Part shown: piece by piece, positions 44,007 to 56,163 of the stretch
How positions within the stretch are numbered: position 1 is the stretch's first letter
How the letters are laid out: each line of letters starts with the position of its first letter
Source of the DNA: Schmidtea nova
Lineage: Eukaryota
Assembly (NCBI GenBank): GCA_044892505.1
Contig: CM097883.1
Coordinates: 259,222,001 to 259,286,000, forward strand
DNA: 64,000 nucleotides
Direction: 5' to 3'
Translations under genes and position numbers: made by a program
The notes under the pieces: model-generated
What the model was told of the DNA's origin: nothing
The model's database searches: none
What the model saw: the letters and a program-made list of their open reading frames with translations, nothing else

Positions 44007-46280
44007 TTAAATACAATACTTATAATAACAAAAATATGCCGTAAAAGCTGTTGGGAGGAAGAATGACTGCAACTCTTTTTTACATACTAAAATTTCCAAT
44101 GAACTGATACTTTTGATTTTTTCTGGATCTGTTTTAACACCTTCCTTATTTATGATATGCCATAGATAGCTAACCTCTGTTTTTAAAAATACACACTTAT
44201 CGGGCAATAATTTAAGTCCGGCTTCTCTAATGCGACCTAGCACCTTATCAAATCGTTCATTATGTTCTTCGATTGTTCTTCCAAAGATCAACACGTCATC
44301 CATGTACACGACACAATTAATCCAATTTTCCTTCCTTAGAACCATGTTCATGAGTTTTTGAAATGTAGCAGGAGCTGAGCAAAGTCCGAATGCCATTCTT
44401 GTAAACTCAAGTTGTCCGTACTTTGTACTAAAAGCTGTTTTCTGGATATCCTTTTCGTCAATTGGTACTTGATAATACCCACTAGATAAAATACCTGGCC
44501 TTACCGATAGTATCAAATAACTCCTCTGCAGCTGGTATTGGAAAAATTGGTCTGGCCGTCTTAGCATTAAGTTCTCGATAATCGACGCACATTCTTATAC
44601 CCCCATTTTTCTTCTTTACCACCACTATAGGGAAATTCTATGGCGAAGAACTTGGTCTAATTGTGAATGTTGTATTATTATAATAATAATAATTATTATT
44701 GTCATTATCATTGTCGATTTTTGGTTTTCCCATGTGTGGTTCCCCCCTGTTTGTTGTGTGTGTTGAATTTATTTTACTTACTTAAAATAGTAAAAAATTA
44801 AAAAGATTAAAAAAATGATAATAATATGATTTGAAAAAAAATCAAATAAACAAGAAATCGATTGACAAATAAAAACTTTAACTATAGTTATAAGAAGCTG
44901 TCTATGACAATAACAAAGAATTAACTATGGAAATAAAGTGGTAATAATTGGAATTCGCAAACAACAATTGAAAAATACTAAAGAAACAAAGAATACAAGA
45001 GGAACTTAATCAAAAGAAAAAAGACAAAACAATTGTAAAGAAACAAGATTATTAAGGAAATTAAATTTTAAAGAAAAGTTACGTGAGTACTAGTTTTTAT
45101 ACTTGTTATTAATTAATAAAATTTGTTATACAATTTTCAATTTTTGGTTGTTATAATAATTTGTTACTACACATATACATACGCACGCACGCACGGACAC
45201 AAAAGTAAATAACATTTACCCCAGCTGTCCCAAGATATATTTTATCGGAGACTCTGCTGGGCTCAACACACTTTCTGATAAACATAATACAATATAAAAT
45301 TATAACAAATATAACACTAATTATACCTTCATCTAATAAATCTTTTACCATATGATCAACCTCTTCTTCTAATTCTATCGGAATCCTTTGTGGCTTAAAC
45401 GCTATTGCCCTTGCATTTCCGGTACCAATGTAATGTTTCCCTTCATCCGATTTTCCGATGTCCATCTTGTATTTACTGAAAATATCTTCATTACTTTTAA
45501 ATGTTTTCATCAATTCGAGCTTATTATGCTCTTTAATATCTGAACACAACTCTTCCTTAATTTTATCTGATATTGCCTCTATTGACTTCATGTCCTTTAT
45601 TTTTTCATCCTTCGTGAGTTTATTCATTGTGCCCTTAATCCATTAATAAACTCGTTCCATTTTTCTACATATTCCAAGCCGGTCCTGCACGAAGAGTCTT
45701 CGAACCTCCCTCTAACATGCATATCTTTACTAATATATACCCATTTTCTCCTTGTACCACATAGTCACTTATCACAATGTCACGATCTGCCATCCTCGAT
45801 TTTTCTCCATTAAATATACAAATCTCATTAAAATTATCAATTTTCTCTCTACGATCATCCCTTTGATGAAATATTCACCAGCATTACTCATTTCTATATT
45901 ATTCGATAAAATTACCTTATAATAATAATCTCATTGAGCCTCTTCTCTCCTCACAACCACACTCCGACTCCCCCGTACAGTTGTCATTCGTTTAAAGATG
46001 AAGCAGAGATTGTCTTAGATATAAATGAAATCTTAATCCCTTGAAATTCAATTCCATCATTTGCTGCATCAATACTTATTCTGTATTTCATCATACTTCT
46101 AAGTCCTAAATAAATATGTGGAAATATATTAGGCATAATATCAAAAACATGACTCGTTACTATAGGTCCAATTGAAATATTTACCTTAATCTTACCGGTA
46201 CATTGCAATGTACTTCCATTAGCGCATGTTACTTTTGTTGTTGAATCGTAAGCTCTTATTGCTGCGTTATCTTTGACAAT
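44007..46280 (-). mobile_element. Decayed Ty3/Gypsy protease-RT fragment (copy A)
   Basis: GYYQVPI..KTAF..EFTRMAFGL..APATFQ..VYMDDVLIF; homologous to about 57050-58410. Confidence 0.9.
44662..45316. mobile_element. Solo LTR (655 bp) inserted in the Gypsy RT
   Basis: TG..CA termini; 5-bp TSD CTAAT (44657-44661, 45317-45321); removal restores DEGIIRP. Confidence 0.8.
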
Positions 46281-47488
46281 ATCTTCAATTTTAGATTTTT
46301 CTTAATTTTTTAATTAACTTTTGTACTTATTTATCAATTGTGAATTTAACACTTTTCAGACTTTATTTATTTACTCACGTCTCCGCACACTGCCATCTCA
46401 TGTTACACCACTTTAGACGAATCTCAACAAATATATAGTAGGAACTACATGTAGTCCTAATCGATATAGTAACAAGATAAACCCGTATGTCATGATAGAA
46501 TAGTTAGAAAAAAACATTTGAAAAGATGAGCAAATAAATTGATTTCCTGGTTGAATTTTCATACGAAGTACCGCCAGTAAATTGATGAGGAAATATCATA
46601 GCTGAATTTAAATACGAAAGAGGATAATAAAAAGAAAAAAGTTCCAAAAATAGGATAATATAACAAGTAGTAATAAAACATCCCCAACAAAATTATTAGC
46701 AAAAATAACAGAAACAGAATTAAAAAATTAAATTAATTAAGTTTGAGTGTTTTAATTGAATAATTTAATTTGCGATAACATCTAATACGATAGTATTATG
46801 GTGGGAATTTTCCAGGAAAGATGGACACACCCTTATGCAAAATGTTCAAAGGACAAAATTATCATAAGAATTTTTGAAAAAAAACTTAAAAATAAGGATA
46901 AATCTCTGCGCATTCTTTATTCACAAAATAAACTTCCAATGAACTCATTTTAAAAATTTGTTATTAATATTGAATAAAAAATGAAAGACTATCGTAAAAA
47001 TAGTATGTAATTAAAAGAATTGAAACTTTAACCAATCAGAAATGAATAAGGTTATGAATAAGGGGTAGGAAATTATTTCAATCAAATTATATATCAACTA
47101 AACATATAAGTGATAAGAAAATATTTTAATAAATTAGAATTAAAATAAATATATTACGTTGCAGTATTTGGATAAAGAACTAAAGTAAAGTTTACTAAGG
47201 TCTGCTAAGTGTCGAGTTTCATTAAGTAGATAAAAGGTCATCCTTTAATTTAGTCTTCAAGGTGGTCCATTGCTCTTCATATAAATTTGAAGGGAAAATA
47301 ATTTATAATAATTAAATCTAAAATAAAAAATTTAATTTTGAACTTTTGTATATATTCATCATATTGTTTTATAATCTCAGATAAAATAATCATTAAATAA
47401 AGTATAATTTTTTTCTTTTTTTCTTATTTGATCTAAATCTGCCAACAGTTGATGAAATTCGATATTCACATTCTGAATATCTGGAAAA

Positions 47489-47746
47489 CTAGTATAACGT
47501 CAATATTTGAGAAAAAAACTTGTTAAAAAAATCTAATCTATTTTTTCCACGGGGATTTCGAAATTCCAATATTTGATGATATCTTTGCTGCTTTCTCATA
47601 TCAATATTTTCTTTCTCTAATTTTCTTCTCTCAGATTTGACAGTCAATAAGAGGCCTGAGAACGGAAATGACAATATAAAATAAACTAATGCGAATAATA
47701 CTCTCAATAAAATCCCCCCCTCCTCAGCATCTCTGGAATCGTACAT
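47489..47746 (-). CDS. Possible small membrane protein or exon of an unidentified gene
   Basis: Hydrophobic GGILLRVLFALVYFILSFPFSGLLLTV followed by KSERRK; tttcag acceptor just upstream of the ATG; no family recognised. Confidence 0.3.
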   Translation of the reverse strand: MYDSRDAEEGGILLRVLFALVYFILSFPFSGLLLTVKSERRKLEKENIDMRKQQRYHQILEFRNPRGKNRLDFFNKFFSQILTLY

Positions 47747-48605
47747 TATTCAAACTGAAATTTTGTAAATATTATCATCAGTTTATTTATTTATTTGAAT
47801 TATTTTTTTCTCTCTGAAATGGATAAAAAAATCGAATCACGATATATTTGTTGTTGATTTTTTTATTATTTTTATTATTTTTTTTTATTAAAATGAAATT
47901 TTATTTTCTACTAAAAGATTTATGGTCGACATGAATGAGTTCATTTGACATTGACATTTTCTCTTTGATAATTTTACGCTTTCAGATGTTATCAGGAAAA
48001 ATTAGATTTGAAATTCGATTATTTCTTATTTCTAGTCACAATATTGAATGAATTTTTTTTCAATTAAATTTATTATTAATTATTTGAGTAGTACCGTGAG
48101 GAATTTCGTTATATACATTTAAAAACAATCTTTAATTGAAAATAAAATTGATAAATTAAAACAAAATTATTTACTGAAACTTACTTTCTTAAAGCGTTTA
48201 TTGTGGGACAGAAATGAACCATAATAGGTTAGAAATGTTGAAAGGTGTTGTAATCCATGCGTTGGCCTAAAGGTGAGCTCGATGAAGATGCAATTCTGTT
48301 GTCAACTTAATTTGTAAATCTTTTTACAGTTAAAAGAACCTATTAATAATTTATTAAATCACAATTTTGTGTAAATTATTTTTACTTGTAAAAATATATA
48401 CTATAATAACCGTCATTAATTTATTTGTACGTGTCAGAAATGAAAATAAATTGTAAGAATTTATATAAAATATGAAATTTTAGTAAAAATGACGGTATTA
48501 TTCGAAAGGCCTTCGAGAGGTGCAAGTGATGGTAATATCCTCGAAGGACTAAAATGGGTGCTGGACCTTCAAAAGGTCGAAAACCTTCAAATTTTTTCAA
48601 ACCTC

Positions 48606-48607
<2 letters not shown>

Positions 48608-48693
<86 letters not shown>
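48608..48693. repeat. (TA)n microsatellite, about 43 units, abutting the Tc1/mariner element
   Basis: Read directly from the sequence. Confidence 0.95.
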
Positions 48694-48696
<3 letters not shown>

Positions 48697-49972
48697 GGTG
48701 GTCCAAAAGTAGGTATACAGTAATTATTATTCTAAAATATAGCTTTTTAAAGTCACAATTAGGATTTATTATGAAACCATGAAAAACTAAACAATAAATT
48801 CAAATTATATACAGTTTCTGATGTGTTCAAATTGTTTGCCTTCAGCACAGATACATTCTTGTAGCCTTTTCTTCACACTGAGACAAACCTTTGCACAGAG
48901 TTCTTCATTATTGTCTATTTCTTTGCATGCCTCTTTTATAAATTTAATCATGTCATCAATGGTGTGTGGCTCTTTTGAAAAAACTTTATTTTTGATAATA
49001 CCCCAAAAGAAGAAATCCATTGGTGTGAGATCAGGTGACCTCGGTGGCCATTCAATTGACCCTCGTCGACCTATCCATCTATGAGGCAATTCTTCGTCAA
49101 GAAATTGACGCACTGCTGTTGCATAGTGAGAAGGAGCTCCATCCTGCTGAAAATAGAATTCTTCATTATCAAACTTCTGCCGTATTTGTGGGATAACAGT
49201 ATCTCTCAAGAGATTTAGATACAGGCCATGTGTCACAGTTGTATGGAAAAAGAAAGGTCCAATAACCCCTTTGCACGAAATGCTTGACCAAACTGTAACC
49301 CCAGGTTGATTTAACTGTTCTTCATTTGTGATATGCGGGTTTTCCGTGGTATAATAGACACAGTTATGCCTATTAACAGCGCCTGAAAGCTTAAAATTTG
49401 CTTCATCGGACCAACAAATTTTTTCTAGGATAGCATTTTGTTGCTCTTCTTCGTTCAAAATTTTCTCGCAGAATTGTAACCGGTGATCCGGATCATCTTC
49501 TAATAATGTTTGGATTAATCTTGGGTGATACATTTTCAAGCCCAAATTTTTCATCATACGACTCAAAGATGTGCGGGGAATATCTAATTCAATGGAAGCT
49601 CTGTGTTTTGATTTTTCGGGCTTCGCTTAAATGCGGTCGAGACAATCTTTTCATTTCTTAGTGTTAAAACAGTTCTCGGTCGACTAAACTTTGGTACGTT
49701 ACAGATTGATCCTGTTGTATCAAATTTGTCTCGCAATCTGTAGATTGTAAGTCTGGATAGTGGCGGCGTTTCAAATTCTTCCGTCCATTTCCGTATCACC
49801 ATTGCAGCGTTAGTTGTTCTTCAATATTGTTTGATTACCCATTTACGTTGCTCAATATTTAAATTACCAGCCATGATTATCTGAATTGAATTATACAAAT
49901 AAACAATATCATTTAAAAATAATACCAAACCTGTAATATTAATTACTTTATACCTACTTTTGGACCACCCTG
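48694..49972 (-). mobile_element. Full-length Tc1/mariner transposon, DD41D (rosa-type), 1279 bp
   Basis: TIR CAGGGTGGTCCAAAAGTAGGTATA(c/a)AGTAATT; TA on both sides; WSDEANF, QQDGAPSH, SPDLTPMD with 41 residues between the last two Asp. Confidence 0.93.
48805..49874 (-). pseudogene. Transposase with one nonsense codon (near 49822) and one frameshift (near 49615)
   Basis: ATG at 49874 reads MAGNLNIEQRKWVIKQY*; the ORF track shows two pieces in different frames. Confidence 0.85.
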
Positions 49973-50705
49973 TATATCGAAAGGTAATTGAGAGGTAAGT
50001 ATGATGGTCATACCTTCAAAAGTTAATGGTGAGTTCTAAACTTACAAAGGTCTCAAAACCTTATTTTAACTCATTTTAACTTTTTTCTGCAGTGAAAGAA
50101 ATTCTTCGGACAGAATTGTTTAAATAATATTATTAATAGGAAAATCTTTTAAATACAGAAATTTTTAATATTATATTATTGAAAATATATTTTTATAATA
50201 TTAAAATTCAATTCTATAATATTAAAAAACATAAGTAAATACATTTTATAATAAATCATTTGTTATAGGAATTATGAATACAAAAGGTAGTTTTTTATTA
50301 TATGGCTAAATATGCCGCCTCATTTTTTATTATAACAGGCTTAGCCACAGCCTCACATCTGTCATATTATCTTGTTTTAATAATCTGAAAATTTTGTCTT
50401 TGCTACGTTGATTATTTTTCATGAAAACATAAAATTATCAAAAGTATTTCCTTCAGATACAAAAGTCATGAAATGTGATAATGGAAAAGATATCAGGAAA
50501 TTGAGAAATTGGTTTTCATAAAAAAATTTCTTATGTGATCCTCATAGTTGTAAAAATTATCTAATTAAATTTTCATTTAATATCTCTTATTTTCGTCATT
50601 GATCTTTTCTTTCTATTTCAGAAATTTCCATAATTTCTAAATAGTAGATGAATATTTTTTTATAAATTTACACAAACTTTCGGAAAATCCTTTTCAATAA
50701 AATAC

Positions 50706-50738
50706 ACACTTGAAAAAGTTTGTGCCGAAAATTTGTTT
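50706..50738 (+). ncRNA. Degenerate hammerhead motif copy
   Basis: AATACACAC-UUGAAAA-A-GUU-UGU-GCC-GAA-AAUU-U-GUUU; same upstream context as 6556; stems I and II mismatched. Confidence 0.4.
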
Positions 50739-52193
50739 AACTTTATAAAAAACTTCTTTTTAAAAATAATAATAATTAAATTTTATCAAATTGTTTGGTT
50801 AACATAAAAATTTAGAGTTAAGATGTTCAATATAAATGAAAAAGATAAGATAACTATTTAAATATGGAAATAAATTTAGGAATTTATTTGGTTAAAACTA
50901 AAATTCAAGAAATTCGTGAATAAGAGATTATTTTTATTAAATTATTTCAAAAGACCATAACAATTTCAATTGGCCTATTAATTGTGTTGGGTATTTATTA
51001 GTTAAGTCGGTGTTTATCTGACTCCTCAGTGTTCTTAGTAAAATCAATGAACAAGACCCAACACAGTAACTTTTATTAATAATCAATCTAATACACAATT
51101 TTCTTTGAAAAGCAGTTACGTAAATAATTTGTAGTCTTTTCGCAAAGGCGCAGGGATATGTCTCCCAACGGCAGATGTCCCTTTCTGGTACGCTCACTAA
51201 CAAATGAATTCAAATTAGAATCTCGCTGAACTAGTCGTTCTTTTCAATTTTCACGCTTCGACCGTAATTGGCGGTTTTGCTGATTCTGCGTCTCTTTTTA
51301 TATGAAATTTTGCGAGTTGATTTATTTGTTTTTCAAATGGTAAATCGCCCGTTAAAGGCTATTAATCGTCAATTTTTAATCTCGAAATTCCAATTTACAT
51401 TTTGAGGCAATTTAGATACTAATGCCATTTGCCTTCTGCCGGGAACATTAATTTTCAAGGCAATTTACTTGTCACCTCGGGTTCTCCATTGGCTCGAATT
51501 TTACGTTAGCTCGGGCTTTCCAATAGCCAATTAATTCTTAATTAATATTTTAATTTTTTTAATTTTTTCTTTCTGGGACCCCCCATTGATTTTATTTTTT
51601 TATATTTGAATTCGTCTCATCAATCAGCATACACCTATACCAATTTCCCCCGCGATATGTTGATTTTCAATTTTCTTAATTTTTTAATTAGTGTTCTTGT
51701 GTATTTTAATTAATTTGTAGATTTTTGTGTTTTTATTAATTTCTATTTAAATATTTTAAATTTTTACTTTACTTTTAAGTCACTTATGACAAACCCCAAC
51801 AATTGGTATTAATTATTCTTCCTGTTTTCCAAGTCATTTGTTGGGTTATTGTGTTGTTGGTGAAATGTAAAAGTTACCAATCAAATCTCTAACTCAAAGT
51901 GGGCTTTAATTGATTCATAAAATAACAATTCTCATACAATATAAACTTTATTGATAATGAAAGTTGATTACACGAATTATAATAGCACGATCAATTCAAT
52001 ACTCAAATAGGCAATTATACAGAGCTTATTACAGCACTACGTGAGGAATAGCTCTAATTGCATGATTCTTAAAACTCTAACAATCACTAGCCACTGATTT
52101 GACTCAAAAATTTGGTAACTTGGTTTCGATTGTCTTTGTGCTTTGACTTGACTTGATTCAATATACTTTGACTCCTTTTTTCAAATAAAATTT

Positions 52194-52427
52194 TGTCACA
52201 CCGTTTAATTAAATAAAATTGGTTAATTAAATTTCCTCAATATCACGTAGCTTATTTAATTTAATCTTTCTACTGCCTCCTCCAATTAATTTGTTCAATT
52301 CACTTTCCTACTACAATTCAAATTCTTTACTAAAATTCGACTTCTCATTTACTAACACAATTCAATTTATAATTCAACAACTGTGGCTTTCCCTTTTATA
52401 GCTCGTCAGTCTCCGGCACTCGTGACA
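52194..52427 (-). mobile_element. Solo LTR (234 bp), Gypsy-type
   Basis: TGTCAC..GTGACA termini; 4-bp TSD ATTT (52190-52193, 52428-52431); TATAAAAGGG on the minus strand. Confidence 0.75.
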
Positions 52428-55400
52428 ATTTAGTTTTTCCCATCTCTATCATCCCTTTCCATATTTGTTTTAGTTCCCACGTTATTTCTTACAGCTGTCG
52501 AGAAACCAAATTTGCTTTCGCTTTCCAATTTCGGAATTTTTTCTTGTTTTGTACTTATTAATTATTAATGACTTTTCTCTACTTTGTTCTTTAATTTCTT
52601 TTATTTTGTTAATACTTCATCATTTCTCATTTTTTTTGCTTTTTTCGTTTTCTTCTCCAAATTACAGAATACTATCCCAATCCCCCTATCGGGTTTCCCC
52701 CAATTTGTTCCATTTATTTATGATATAATTTATTATTTATGACTTTATGACTTCAAACATTAATAAAAAAATAATATAAAAATAATATAAAATATATCAA
52801 ATAATATAAAATGCCAACTAAATATTACAGATAATTAAAAACTTATAAAAATCAGTAATTTTTGAAATAATTATGGGAATGCTTAAAGTGGTAATGCACA
52901 AGGTGGCCAGATTTTGGTTAGAAGATCGGGACAAATTTTCAATTTTTCTTCGAATATCTTTGTCATCATAAAATAAAAAATTTTAAAAGTATTTTTTAAT
53001 TCAATATCAGTTAGATAGAAAAACAATTTATTTTGACTAATTCTCAGCGAAAAAACTGTTTCACTTGAATGAATTTTCTATAGAAGTTTAAGATAATCAC
53101 TTAAAATTTTATTAAATATATATTTTATAAGAATTCGTTATTGTTTTTTACACTTAGAATGCATTTCACTTTTCTTCGTGTAATTAGCTTTTATCAAATG
53201 TTTATAAATCGTTCACTACTGATTATAAATATTTTCAACTCTTTTACGTCATTTATATCTCAAATCCGTCATTTCTTTCAATATATCTGTTACATAAAAA
53301 TTACATTAGAAAAGAATGAATTTTTCGCAAAATCTGAACGTCTAACTGCAGTAGTATTACCTGCTATTATTTTAAAAAATTGCTTTCATTTTACCTTGTT
53401 GTTGTTGAATTTTTAATAAAATAAAACAATGAAAAAACATCTTTTATAGTGAGTTTGTGGAAAATTTAATATTAAAATTAGTAATCAAATTAGAAATAAA
53501 TAAAATATAAATTTTTACAATTCTATTATATTTCAATATTTTTTGAAAAATGATGAACATTTTCTAATAAGCATGCTTTAGTTCGCTAATTTATATCTCT
53601 AGGATATTGAAATGACTTCAGTCAAAGAACCAAGTCAGTGAAAGTATATTTTTGAAGTTGATGATAATTAGTATATCCTCCAGAAATTAACCCGAAATTT
53701 TTCGTGTCTAATTGAATCTAAAAAACATATTCATATTTTACATACAGAAATAGAACATTTTTCTTATTCTGTTAACTCTAGATATCTCTATGTTTATAGA
53801 ATAATTATATACAATATATGTCACGTTTCATCTTACAATTCAATGAAAATAAATTTCCATTTTAAAATGAGAATATATCAAATTCTAATTATTAATAAAT
53901 ATTTTGTTGACTTTCCTGAATTTTTAAAAATATAAGAAATAATTCTTATCTACGACTTTTTGAAAACGGATTGAATTACTAATTTTAGATATTTTAATTA
54001 ATTTTTAATGTTTTAAAAAGTTATTTTTATCACGATCAGCTTTTATTTATATTTTAACTGAATTGCCAGCATCGGATTTTGAGTCTTACTTTTTCTAAAA
54101 TAAAATATATTTTAAAATTCAACTTAAAGAAAAATATATTTTATGCTTTATAGTACTAATATTAGTTCAAAAAAGCACAATTTCATTCTATTACATCTTA
54201 TAAATTTCGAGATAAATTGTTCATTAATTTTTAACACTGGAACTATTGGGGAAATTATGTCCAAAACTACCTACCGGCCAAATCTATAGATGATTGATTC
54301 TGTCGTATATTTAGGTTCATTAAACAATTTAGATGATAATGTTGATACCTAAATAATCATGTATCAAGTTTAATGTACATTCCCTTAAATAAAATGGATC
54401 CACAAAGATGTTTCAGTGTTAAATAAATTAAAATTATGAGTATATTTAAAGTAAATGTATTGAATATTTTGAACTAAACCATTTTTAAAGGCAATGAAAC
54501 TCAGATTAAAAAAAACAATTTTTTGACAAATAATATTTATAATATAACTAAAGAATTTTTAATTGAATTTATAAATTTATTTCGATTTTTCCTAAAAACC
54601 AACTTTTCTTTATCTAATGATTTATACATTATTCCATTTTACTATGTAGATTTTTAAAAACTTTATATTTTTTGAGCTTTGATACACCATTTCTATTTTC
54701 AATCTTCAAAGAGAAAAATTTTTGATCACTCTCACGTGACATTTTTGTGTGAGTTTGACAGGTGTAAATATATCATAATGCATTTATTTGTATTCGTCTA
54801 TATAGCTGTCCAGTACATTTGACCGCATGTTATAAATGAGCATGCATATATGCCTGGATTATTTTAAACATTTCTCTGTTTATAGTAAATTCAAATTGGA
54901 AATGGTGTATTAAAATATTTGCTTTAATATTTTCAGTTTATAATTTAAATTAATAACATAAATTATTATAATAAAAAATTAATAAATAATGATAATAAAT
55001 AAAAATAATAAATAGATAAATAAAATAAATAATAATAATAAATAAAATGAATAATAATATTGAAATAAATAAAAAAAATATAATTAAAATAAAAAAATGA
55101 TAAATAAATAAAGTTAATAAAAAAATTCAAAAAGTAAAACAAACACACAGTTTTAAAATTACACCATAAAAACAAAATAAGCCTGTATGAAATCTGATTC
55201 GAATCCAAACTTCTCAAAAAACTAATTGTTTAATAAATAAATAATAATATTAATATAAATAAATACAAAATAAAAATTTTAAAAAATAATAAAAGATAAA
55301 GTTAATAAAAAATTCCAAACAGTTAAACAAAACACAATTTAAAAATCGCTCCAAAAAATTCTAAAATTTCCAAACATAAGTAAAACACACCAAAAATTCA

Positions 55401-56163
55401 ACCGTAACCCTAATCCCCTTAATTTCGTTATTCGTAACAATTTCTCTTAATTTACTTATTGAAACTTGATAAAAATTTTGTTTCAGGTTAATTTTTTAAC
55501 CAATAATGTTTTTTTGCCTGATATCTATATGATAAAACAAATATTATTGTCATAATTATTCACTGCGGTATTATGAATATCTATTTATTTAACAAATTTC
55601 ATATCAAAATTGCAAAATTATATAATATTTGTGATAGAAATTATAAATATTCTATCTTTCTTTTAGAGAAAACTATCAAACTTTAATAAAGTGATCATAA
55701 TTAATAAGATACATTTTATATAGGCATTTACTAAAGTTTATTTAGAAATAAAGATTTTGGAATTTGCCTGAACAGGCACAATATAATATAAAAAGAACAA
55801 AATTATGTACAAATCAATAAAAACATAAAAATTTGAAAAGTAATAATTAAAGTACAAAACTTAATTATGAATTTGGAAAATTAAAAAATAAAGATTTAGC
55901 GGAGAAAACTGGAATTGGAAGATGCCAAATGAGGCAAATTCAAGCATGATTATATAAAGCAAAAAATGTCCCCAAAAAGAATTAATAAGAAAAAAATTAA
56001 TTAAAGAAATTAATAACTGTTATATAGATTAAATTAATATTAAATTCGTATATTATAATTTAAAATTAATACAATTTAAAATTGTTTTAATAATAATGTA
56101 TAATAAATCTTTTGAATCTTGATTATTTATATTTTGTATTTTATAATTCTAGAGAATATAACA

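Noticed and set aside
54966-55217. Hydrophobic F/Y/I-rich ORF
   Set aside because: Translation of low-complexity A-rich DNA.
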